Assembly: GCA_048013815.1 (NCBI GenBank)
Contig: CM106585.1
Coordinates: forward strand, 4,402,001-4,466,000
From: Setoptus koraiensis
Lineage: Eukaryota > Animalia > Arthropoda
Direction: 5' to 3'
DNA: 64,000 nucleotides
Below, piece after piece: positions 1 to 10,345 of the stretch. The position numbers and the translations under genes were made by a program. How positions within the stretch are numbered: position 1 is the first letter of the stretch; each line of letters opens with the position of its first letter. The notes below the pieces were generated by a model. The model made no database searches, had not been told where the DNA came from, and was given only the letters and a program-made list of their open reading frames with translations.

Positions 1-630
1 GTAGAATATGAAGGCCGAATATAATAGTTCCTGGTGCTTGCTTGCCTGCGTGTGTTTCTGGTGTATTGCCTAATGTTTTGCTAAATTTAAAAAATGTCTC
101 GCAATGGTTATTGGTTCTGGTGGTTTATCTATGATTTTGTGTCTCCAATGGAGCCCGTGAGTTGTGGGGTGCAAGCGAAGCTGATGGGCGGTCGGGCGGG
201 TCGGTTGTTCAATCTAGACTGTACACAATGACATGTGTGTCTAGCAATGGTTGCTATACGAGGAGCTTCATGGTTTTTGTGGGCACCATCGCTGCTCGGA
301 TTGAGGCAATTGAATGAGTAATAGTGCAAATAAGTGAGCCAAAAATTAGTTAGCAAACAACGATTCGTTGTGCTGGTGCCGCTGCCGCTGCATCCACTGT
401 CCTTTGTATTTATCCTGGGGTTGTTGTTGTTTTTTGATAATAATTAATATTAGTGTGGTGTTTGTATCATAGGTCCGTCGGATTAAATTGAATTAGCGGC
501 CAATAATATTGCTGTGTGCCAATAGGGACCTGTGACAAGCCCATGATGATAAAATAGAATAAAATAAAATAATATTAAACGATCATATGCTGGCTGGCTG
601 TCTGGCTAGCTGGCGCACTGGTGCTAGCAG

Positions 631-633
<3 letters not shown>

Positions 634-663
<30 letters not shown>
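634..663. repeat. (CA)15 microsatellite
   Basis: Perfect dinucleotide run. Confidence 0.95.
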
Positions 664-666
<3 letters not shown>

Positions 667-1668
667 GGTCAGGCAAACAGGGAGGGTGAGGCAGGCCTAC
701 GAGCAGCTTACATAATGTGTGTGTGTGTGTTTGTATGAGTTTGAGTGCGTGCGTGTGTTTGTGCGGCTATCTCACTGGGTGCGTGCGTGTGCCTGTGTGT
801 GCGCGTTAGTGCGATGTGATGTTGATGTGAATTGGATCGGATCGGATCGTATTTTGTTGGATTTTGTTGCCGCCGCCGCCGTCAGTATTGAGACGGCGAG
901 ATGTGATGTGATGTGATGCGATGTTGCGCGATGGCCATAAATGTTGTTGTGGCGGCTGGTTGTTACATTCACTGGCAAAGTGGCTTCTCTATCGTCGATT
1001 GCACTTGGTCATTTTCAATAGCGCCAGTCAATGGTAGTTATGTGTCATCTGGTCGCCTGTCCGATCTGGTATTTCAAATCCGGTGTTGGCACACGACCAT
1101 TCATGTGAGTGTGTGTGTGTGTCGTTCACTAAAAGCTTGCACTGGCTACACCGAGTATACCGAGAATTTTGTGTGAGCCGAGTCTGGCAGTCTCGCACAC
1201 GTCACAGTGCTGCTCGCTGGCGGGTTTCTGTATCGGCGGCGACGGCGCCGATTCACACAAACGCCCAAAGTCCGACAAGAGGATTGCAGCTCGTCGTCGG
1301 AGTTACACGCCGTGCAACAACGGATAAAGCTGCTGCAAGAGTGTGCGACGAGCAGAACAACCAGCAACAACTGCTATACGCTATGCGTTGTACGCTCCTG
1401 GTTGCGAACGCTCAAACGATGTGTGTTACGTAATGCCCTGGCTTCCATCGCCTGCATGCACCATGATGATGATGATGGTAAACAAGTAATGGCGAGCGAG
1501 GGCTAGGTTGGCATCACCACGGTTGCCTGGGTGGCAGCCACCAATACCATGCCAGGCCATGTTAGCAACCACGCAGACTGGTTCATTGAGGTTGCTCCCT
1601 GTACCATGGCCGTGTCGATACCATCATCGCCGCTACCAACAGCAACACACAACCACACGACAACGAAG

Positions 1669-1670
<2 letters not shown>

Positions 1671-1706
<36 letters not shown>
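1671..1706. repeat. (AC)18 microsatellite
   Basis: Perfect dinucleotide run. Confidence 0.95.
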
Positions 1707-1708
<2 letters not shown>

Positions 1709-3725
1709 GCATGCATAAACCTGTCGTAACCTGTGCGTCTCTCTATATTTCTAGTCGTAGCGCGACTGGCGTACAAGCTAACCAGTCTTATGGAACAACG
1801 CACACATGCTCACGGTCAAACAACAACAACGAGAAAAAAAACAACATACACATTTCATTCTGGGCACACACACTCCGACGGAATCAACACCGACACAAAA
1901 CAGGTACGAACTAACGGTAACTACAACATCTGGTGCTGCATTCTACCCACGCTACCTGCATAACGCGCTTGTTAGTGCCCCAATTGTCGGTCGGCCATTT
2001 GGCCAGCTCAATTGGCTCAGTTGGCTCAAATGGCTTGCACTGTTTCGCTTTAGCGCTATTACGCTATCAGAGCTTGGCTGCTCATAATGCTCTGCGGGGT
2101 GATACGGTGCAAAGAGGGCAGCCAGTGGATTGGCCGGCCGGTTTAGTTACCAACTTTGGCTGTGATTTGGCGAGCCAATCGCCACTTAGATACCTGTGCA
2201 CCACCCGGGGCGCGGCCCGCCTGGCGCACAGTTCGCATCGGCCGGGCCGCCCGTGCGACCTGCTTGGCTGGACGCACTGTGTGTTGCATACGGTGGTGGT
2301 ACATGTAGTATGTAGTCAATTGGGTGGCTCCACTGACCACCAATATATGTGTGTTGTTAATTTATTTAGGCCTTTATTTGTCAATTAGCGAACATTCTCG
2401 CAGCGAATGACACTTGTGTGTTATTCACTGGTGCACTTGTGAGATTCAACTTACAACTTAAACTGGCGAGGAGAATCGGTGTTTGTCAATGGCTAACGTG
2501 CCATTGACAAACAGCTTGCCAATGACAACCAACATTATGCAACTTGCAATGGCCCACTCAAGATGGCGCTACTGTTGCGAGCGAGCAAACCACGTTGTGT
2601 GTGTTTATCTGGTGCAAAATTCGCTTTGTTATTGTTTACAGCGAAAACAGTGTTCGCAGATACAATGTGTGATATATGGACAGTGCGTGAACAATGTTGT
2701 TTTTCGTTGTCCATACACTGACACAGTGACATGCCGCTAGTGTCTAGGACACGAGGACTTTGGGCATTGCGTGTATTAATTAATTGATCCGAGCGACTCG
2801 CTCGAAGCGAGCCGTGCAGCCGTAGCATTTATCTGATAAATCTTGCAGCCGAGCGAGATGCTCCAACTGTTAGACTCTAACTGTTAGAGTCGAACAATTG
2901 TGAGACGGCTGAAAATTGTTGGAAATGCGCCCGGCGTGAGCGTGCACGCGGAGGAAATGATTGATTTTTGGCGATTGGTCGGCCCGTGAGCGCTGACAAA
3001 TTGCGACATGGGTGCATATCGTTGGCCAGACCGAGCCAGCAATATGCTGGCCAGCAGCACGCGGACGGGCCTAAAGTGAAGTGTCGGCCGGGCCGCATCT
3101 TGCAGACGCAGCAACATTGCCGGACAGGGCGCCAGCGGCCAGCGCATTGTCTGCATGGTGCAGACTGCACGGGGTCACTTTCACTTTCACTCTGGCTGGG
3201 CGCGCGAACGCGCGCCCGTCCGACCCATAGAACCCGTGTAACGTTCGACAAGAACGCTCCATGGGTTCGACAGAACGTTCTACGGGTTCGACAAGAACGT
3301 TCGCTGTGCTCGCTGGCTTCTACGGGTTCGCTGGCTACGTTCGCAGCAAGGTTCGTCAGTCGGCCGGCCCGAGAGGTTCGCCAGTTGGCAGGCCCGAGAG
3401 CTTGGACCGTCCAGCGCGGACGGTTCGCCAGAGGTTCGCCAACGGTTCGCCGTGGCGCGACGGCTCGCGCAAGATGGTGGCCGGAGGTAGCTGGGCCCGT
3501 GGGCTGTTGTGCGCTGGGGCGGCCGAAAGTGCGCAATGGTGGCCCCATGCGAGGCGCAGTGAGCGTAGTTTGCGGAGGACACGCCAGGGCGTCAGCGTGA
3601 TCGCAACTGCGGGCGGCTGCATCAGTCACTGATGATCAGTGGAGTAGCTGCCGCTGCCGCTGCTGAGATTGGCGGTGTGCTGCTGCTGTTGCAGTTGCAT
3701 TGGCATGCCATGGTGCACCACGGTG

Positions 3726-3769
3726 CAATGGTGAGCCAATGGTGAGCCAATGGTGAGCCAATGGTGAGC
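3726..3769. repeat. 11-bp tandem repeat CAATGGTGAGC x4
   Basis: Four exact copies. Confidence 0.9.
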
Positions 3770-4535
3770 ACCAGCCAGCAGCCAGCAGCGGCGGCAGCAG
3801 TCAACAGCGGCAGCGGCAGCAACGCTGCCAACGCTGCTCCTTTGTTGCTGCTCGCGAGTGTCGCTGCTGCTGCCGCTGCTGGGTCAGCGACGCCGTCGCG
3901 TCGTCTTGTGGCGCTGCCGATGTTGTCGTCGTCGTCGTGCCGCCGCCGCCGCCTTACGTTCTCTGGCTGTTCCATAGAATCAGATATGTGTTGTGAGTCG
4001 CAAGCAAAAACTCACGACATTTATCACAACGCAAACCATGGCTGATGAGACGCGACAAACAACCGCAACATCAGCAGCAACAGCCACAGCCAAAGACACA
4101 GCAATAACAGCGTTACTACCACCAAAAACAGCGACATCGTCAGCGACAGCACATAGAGACACCACACTGCTCATACACATATCTCTCGCATATCTATTAT
4201 CACTATTGCCACCATCGTCGCCACTATTATTACCGCCGCTACCATCGAGCCATCGGCACCCGCTCGGCCGGCCACTCGGATAATTCGAACACGCTCCCAT
4301 CGAACTCCTGCTCGCATCACGCTCGAATCGAGCCTCGGATAGCCCCGCACTCGCGCAATTCGCCAGCCGCATCGGACCCAGCGAACACACAGTCGGACCC
4401 ACACAGTCGGGATCACTCACAGTCTGCTAGAACCCAGCAAACGGTCGGATCGGATCGAACCAAACCGAACAAGGGAAATAATTTAATCTTGCACCTCATA
4501 CGAAGCAGCAGCCATTTAATTAGCCAGTCGATACC

Positions 4536-5693
4536 ATGAGCATGGCCAGCAGATCGCCCGTGCCCTCAACCTCGGGCCAGGCCCCATCACTCAATTTGGG
4601 CAACATGAGCAGCAAGGACTTCAAGAGGCTCCTAGACACACAGTCACTCGTTGATGTAACGCTCGCTTGCGACGGCGGACAAATATCGGCCCACAAGGTT
4701 GTACTATCGGCCTGTAGTAGCTACATTAACAAAATACTCGAAAGTCATCCAGTCGAACATCCAATAATCATATTACCAGAACTAAATATTAGAGATATTA
4801 GAATACTAGTAAATTACATGTATACGGGAGAATTGTTAACTATGAACGCACCCTCGCACAGTCTGCTCAAGACGGCAGCAGTTTTAAATATCAACAGTCT
4901 CAATGATTTCTTCAACGAATCATCATCTTCACCAAGTCTTACCACTTCTACTACTTCAACTACTGCTGCATCACTGCAACCCACAATAAACAACAAATCA
5001 CCAGCGACCAACAACAACAACAACAGCAACAACTATAACAACAACAACAACAACTACAACAATTTGAAAAATAGCAACAATCACACTAAACAAACTCGCA
5101 AATACAATTTCAAAAATAAACAAAATGGCATCAATAGCAACACAATCTTAGCCGCTAATCGCGATGATGCGCCAAACAGCGACATTGTTGCTGATAACAA
5201 CATCAACGTCAAATACCTCAACATCAACAATCTACAGGAATTTCTCGGTTCCAATTACACTAATCATTTGGACGACGACGATGACGACGATGATGTTGAT
5301 GACGATCTAGACGACGACGATCTGGACGATGATCGAGACGCCCTAATGGACGAAAGTTCTGATCTCCATTTAGATGATGAAATGATGATGCTGCCCCAAC
5401 ATGACACTACAATTAATAGCCAATTTGATGGCGCAACCAATGGCGCCAAAAATCAAAAGGCCTCCTCACTAAATTCTTCTAAAAATAGATTGCATCTGGA
5501 CATGCAATTCAGATGCCCCGTTTGCGAGCAAGACTTTTACACTATTTGCAGTTTTGAATACCATATGCAAAGGAATCATTTTGTTAGCTCGTTTGGTTGC
5601 GAAATTTGCGATAAACCCTTTGCAAGCCTGCGATATGTCCTAACCGATCACATGAGGCGCTGCCACGGCTGGCTGGCTGAACAAGAAGTTTGA
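4536..5693 (+). CDS. BTB/POZ (tramtrack-type) domain + two C-terminal C2H2 zinc fingers, 385 aa, apparently single exon
   Basis: LVDVTLACDGGQISAHKVVLSACSSY...HPIIIL...LVNYMYTGE matches the ttk/broad/bab BTB core. CPVC-x12-H-x4-H and CEIC-x13-H-x4-H fingers at the C-terminus. Poly-N and poly-D linker. Orthologue not assignable by eye. Confidence 0.9.
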   Translation: MSMASRSPVPSTSGQAPSLNLGNMSSKDFKRLLDTQSLVDVTLACDGGQISAHKVVLSACSSYINKILESHPVEHPIIILPELNIRDIRILVNYMYTGELLTMNAPSHSLLKTAAVLNINSLNDFFNESSSSPSLTTSTTSTTAASLQPTINNKSPATNNNNNSNNYNNNNNNYNNLKNSNNHTKQTRKYNFKNKQNGINSNTILAANRDDAPNSDIVADNNINVKYLNINNLQEFLGSNYTNHLDDDDDDDDVDDDLDDDDLDDDRDALMDESSDLHLDDEMMMLPQHDTTINSQFDGATNGAKNQKASSLNSSKNRLHLDMQFRCPVCEQDFYTICSFEYHMQRNHFVSSFGCEICDKPFASLRYVLTDHMRRCHGWLAEQEV

Positions 5694-5829
5694 AAATGTT
5701 TGAATTGATTAATCATCGTTTTGAACCCCAACCCTAAGATACTATTACTATTATTGCAACTATTATTATTATTATCATTATTATTATTAATTATTATTAT
5801 TATCAACAATACTAATTCTCCTGAAAAAA

Positions 5830-6939
5830 TCAATTGCTCCTTGTCTTTAAATCTGGATCACGTTTGTGTCGAGGCTTGATATACCACGTCTGATATCTGT
5901 TGACACGGCATTTCTCTCTGATTTCTTCGTACACTTCTGGCCAAGATACCTTCTTAGACTCTAGTTGGGCTCTTTCAATTGCCTTTCTTGCGTACTCTTT
6001 TGGATCGAACTCTTCTGCGTCACGAATCATACTCAATAGCTCAGTCCTAAATGTTTTCTCTTTGATGATCTCACGTTTAAATCTTCTCTTTGCAATGAGT
6101 GTCTTGAATTTTTTCCTGAATTTCTTTAATTTGTGCTTCTTCATCTTTTGTCTCCTTATAATCTTCAGATGAAGGCGCAGATGATTGGTTCTGAACTTGT
6201 GTCTGAAGTCCAGATATTTTTTTATGGAACCTTCAGCATGAAAACCACGTGTTACAGTAAGATTGATATTATTTGTTTTGGATGTCATCAGATTTGTAAC
6301 ATGCATATTGTTAGGCGTAGAAGTTGAAGCGCCGATGTGCCAATGACGCTTGATATTGTTTGTTCTGTTCAAGGCTTTTTTAGGTAAAGGTTTAGAGAGG
6401 TCAGTTTCGTAACAACGTCGACTTGATGTGCCTATTGCATCGAGGATAGTCATCATCTCAGTAACAGACAGTTCATACATATTGTTGAAATTGAATTGTT
6501 GTAACTTGACTGGATCGTTCCAAACCTTTGGCCATAGCTGGTGAACCATTTTGTATTGATCATATAACAATGCGTATTCCTTGCGATTATCAAGACATTC
6601 TGGATAAACGAGAGAGTCGGCATATAATTTGCCAACAAACATATCTTTGGGCAACGATCCCGATGTGTTCATCTTTTTCATCTTATCCGTTATGTCGAGA
6701 GAAAGCAATGGCTTTCCTGCGACAATGTCCGGCCTCTCAAATCCTGATATTCCCTTTTCCTGCTCCTTGATGTCATACTTGTGGTCATCGTTACTGATAT
6801 CCTGCAATTCCTTATTTTCCTCGGTGCCTTGTTTTTGATTCAAATGGGCAATACTCCTGATTGTTCTCTTGTGTTGGCTAAATAGACCGTGTCTCACGGC
6901 CGAGCCAAGACATAGGTGGTGTCCCAGACGGGTGAACAT
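5830..6939 (-). CDS. Mitochondrial protein, 369 aa: presequence + ACAD9/VLCAD-like N-terminal fragment + mitoribosomal small-subunit mS38 (AURKAIP1/COX24-like) domain
   Basis: aa 256-325 LKIIRRQKMKKHKLKKFRKK...REIIKEKTFRTELLSMIRDAEEF matches the arthropod mS38 motif (IRRRKMKKHKLKK..R..RKEK.F...L...I.DAE.F). aa 94-170 SLPKDMFVGKLYADSLVYPECL resembles the ACAD9/VLCAD start ([45 protein letters not shown]). aa 1-39 are Arg-rich with no acidic residue. The ORF is uninterrupted. Confidence 0.8.
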   Translation of the reverse strand: MFTRLGHHLCLGSAVRHGLFSQHKRTIRSIAHLNQKQGTEENKELQDISNDDHKYDIKEQEKGISGFERPDIVAGKPLLSLDITDKMKKMNTSGSLPKDMFVGKLYADSLVYPECLDNRKEYALLYDQYKMVHQLWPKVWNDPVKLQQFNFNNMYELSVTEMMTILDAIGTSSRRCYETDLSKPLPKKALNRTNNIKRHWHIGASTSTPNNMHVTNLMTSKTNNINLTVTRGFHAEGSIKKYLDFRHKFRTNHLRLHLKIIRRQKMKKHKLKKFRKKFKTLIAKRRFKREIIKEKTFRTELLSMIRDAEEFDPKEYARKAIERAQLESKKVSWPEVYEEIREKCRVNRYQTWYIKPRHKRDPDLKTRSN

Positions 6940-7621
6940 TTTGAAATAGGATAAATTATGATAAAACTGAGGAATCCATAGGTTAGAATGGGGCTCGATG
7001 GAACAATGATCCCATGAACATGTGACCCGAGAGATCTCGTTTGCACCATGTGTGTTGTGCTTGTTATGCTTGCCTGCGCACGCCCACTCATTCCGCCGTT
7101 ACCCGCCAAATGCCACACCCATTCAGTGAGTATTCCAGAATTTGAATTTGAAATCTAAAACAGGTAGCAATAATGACACAAAAGGGTTGTCGTTTCAGTC
7201 GGAATTCAAGGATGTAGTGAAGAAAAAGAAAGGTGTCGACAGAGTGAGACAAGCAAACAAATATCTCAATAAAACGAGTTGTCTGTCAATCGGCAGCGGA
7301 CCCGTCATGCAACAAGAGGCATGGCGCCACCTTCGTCGAAATGGTTCGTTGTGTTCACTGACAAAGTGAGAAAAAGTTGACAATATTGAAGGTGAATAAT
7401 ATTGAAGAACGATTCAAAAGCGGAAACCATATATAGATAAATCAGAGAATGCCTCAACCAGGCAGTCTTAGACGGAACTAGAAACTGAATATTTGCACTG
7501 AATACCGTGTAAAAAGCATAATCGAAATAAAATCTTCGGAAGTGATTGCAGTGCTTCCGGCCATTCAGCACCATTTATCTGAGCCCTTTACTCATGAGCC
7601 TTTCACAAACTAATTTTTCAA

Positions 7622-7627
7622 TTTATT
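7622..7627 (-). terminator. Putative polyadenylation signal (AATAAA) of the SIFaR gene
   Basis: TTTATT on + strand, about 40 nt downstream of the SIFaR TAA stop (7666-7668), in AT-rich context. Confidence 0.5.
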
Positions 7628-7665
7628 CAATTAATTAATAATAATCATTATTTATACAGTTGTTG

Positions 7666-10345
7666 TTATTGTAATATCTGACTTGTGGTAATAGGCTGAA
7701 GTTTTGTATTAGATAATATTTGTTCATGATAGGCGATTATTGACTGGTTTTGGTTTGCAATAATGGAAGAGGAGCCATTTGAGTTATGATTAGAGCACGA
7801 TGACGATGACGAAGAATTTGATACGGACTGTGATTGGTGTCCCGAACGATCGGATAAACTGTCTATTTGTTGTGCTCTGCTATTGTTGAATTGTCTAGTC
7901 AACGTTTCACTAGTTTGTCTATTTGAAAGTTGCTCACTCCTTAGATCACTTCCAATTGCTGATTGTTTTAATCTATTGTTTGCATCACATTCATTGTTAT
8001 GACTAGTATTATTATCATTATCTACTATGATATTGACATTGTCTCCATAGTCAATGCCATTAACAAAGTGACCATGATTATTCGGTTGTCTCATTGTTCT
8101 ATTAGTTATTATTTGATAATTGTTCGACGACATTAGGCTATCGTCATCGTCATCACTTAATTTATGATTATTATATTGACTGTTACCAGTATTGTGTTTG
8201 GAAATATTTACACTATGAGAGTATTTTGGCTGCTGCTTCAGTTGTTGTTTGATGATTGTTTTTATATTTGATTCGCTTTGATTGAAATCGCTCTGTGATA
8301 TTTTGATTAATGAACAATTATTGCTAATATTATTACTGTTGTTGTAATTGCGATTATTATTAAAATCGTATTCATAATCACAATCATTATTACTATTGTT
8401 GTTGTCACTGCTGTTGTCCGACATGAGACGATGATTACTATTAGATGCTTGATATTGACGATTTTGCTCATTGGCTGCAGTAGTGTATGATTCTTGTGAT
8501 GATTGCCGGGGCGAAATGGATCGTACTGTCAATATTTCACCTGATGAACTGAAGCTATCCTCGTTACTACCGGTATATTTACATCCACTGCAATCATGTT
8601 TGTTGTTGTTCCTCGATTGCTTTCGCTCCGCTGCTGCTGACGTTTTAATAATATTATTCAAGTTATCCTGTCTCTTACAATCTCCATCTAGAATCATCGA
8701 GTGGTTTATGTGCTCGTCCGAAGGTGTCTCCACTGACGAATGAATACCCGATGATGAGCCCTGATTTGTTTTGAGCGATATACTAGTGGCAACCGAGGAA
8801 CTGTCCGAGGGCTGCCTGCCAATTGCTATATTATGATGACGAGATTGCTCCGGTGACTCAGTCTCATATATAGCGGTTATGTTATTAACAGGTTCTGAAT
8901 TATTTGTTGCACTTAATACCTTGCTGGTATGCCTCATCGACGACAGGTCGTCGACAAAATTGTTCACTGTTGCGGTGTTTGCTAGCGAATTGCATCTAGC
9001 TCTCGATTTGTTGGCCTCCTTTATTCTTTTGCCATCAACCTTCCAATGATCATCTTGTTGTTGCTGTTGTTGTTGTTGTTGTGTATAATTTAGAACACTT
9101 TCGTCAAAAACAATTGCATCACCATTGCTAGTGTTTATCACTGTCGCATCATCATATTCTGTTATTAACGGTACCCATGTCTTTCTCCTCTGCGTATGTC
9201 CCGATGAAAGATCCATTTTATCGCATTTCAATCCTTTCATTTTATAGTCTGTCATGGGTATATCGACTATTCCGTTCATCGGATTGCTGTTGTTGTTGCT
9301 AGCGTTGTTGTGGCTACCTCTTATGACATATCTGAATGTTTTGTCATCATTACAATCAGTATTCCTCCTACACCGTTCAATTCCTGACCCAGATGGCCTA
9401 TTGGCCTCATTGTTTGACCGCAATGATTGTGTAATGAGTGCATGGTGACCAGTGTTTCCAAACTGTTGTTGCTCGATAATTGTATCATTATACCGATGAC
9501 CGCTCGACGATTCGCAGTCGTAGACATGGATATCCGAGTTATTACTCATTGTCTCTTTGTCTAAGTCTCTGAGATTGTCTGACTTGTTATTATTTTCATC
9601 TGACGCAAATACAATTGTACCAGATGGCGCGTTCATCAAGGAATGTATCTCACAAATTGATGGTGAGTTGCTCTTGCTACCATTTGATGTTGTTGTTGTT
9701 TTCATCAAAATTGTGGTTGTTGTTGATGGTGCATTCTCAACAGTAATTGGTATTGTTTGATGATTAAGATTAATTTTATCAGAATTATACAAATTGGTAT
9801 TTTTGGTCATTTGATGATTCATTCCGTGCAATATAGTGAAATTGTCACTTAGATTGTGATGGTTATGTTTTGTTTTTTGATAATAATTGTAACTGTCCCG
9901 ACCCGAGCCATTATGGTGTATTACTCCATTTATACCCACTACAATGGAATGATTTGTTTGATTGGTATATTTTGAGCTCAGTGGGAATTGTAGACAACAG
10001 GATCTAACTGGGCTGTCATCATTATGTAAATCAAATCTTTGTTTGGTGTCACCATTTGATATCTTGTGCCGTTGCAGGGACTGAGCGTTGTGATTGTTTG
10101 AATAGTTATTGTGAGTATGATCGTGATTGTGGCCATTCCCTGCACCATTTGGGTGCTCTTGTGTCAGTCCGTCAAGTCCGTTCTCTGTACCATAGTTTTT
10201 ACTTAATGTCGTTGTGTTAGTCCGATTTGAGCGCGATCTGCCCCAACATTTGCTTGCCTTTAGCATCTCTGCAAAGCCCTTACGATACTTCCTATTGAAG
10301 AATGTGTACAATATTGGATTGATGCAACTATTCGAAGCGCCCAGC
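7666..10345 (-). CDS. SIFaR: SIFamide receptor exon 4 (TM7, helix 8, ~860-aa C-terminal tail, stop)
   Basis: Acceptor ttgctttttctctatctcgcttAG. Phase-2 join TG|G gives [26 protein letters not shown], matching SIFaR/NPFF-receptor TM7 ([16 protein letters not shown]). Open to TAA at 7666-7668. Confidence 0.93.

Noticed and set aside
3260-3295. GGTTCGA words resembling a tRNA T-loop/Pol III B-box (also 27046, 52264)
   Set aside because: No NNCC completion, no A-box and no cloverleaf.
2877-3632. Overlapping 210-250-aa ORFs on both strands
   Set aside because: GC-rich, word-repetitive DNA with few stops in any frame; no domain or splice support.
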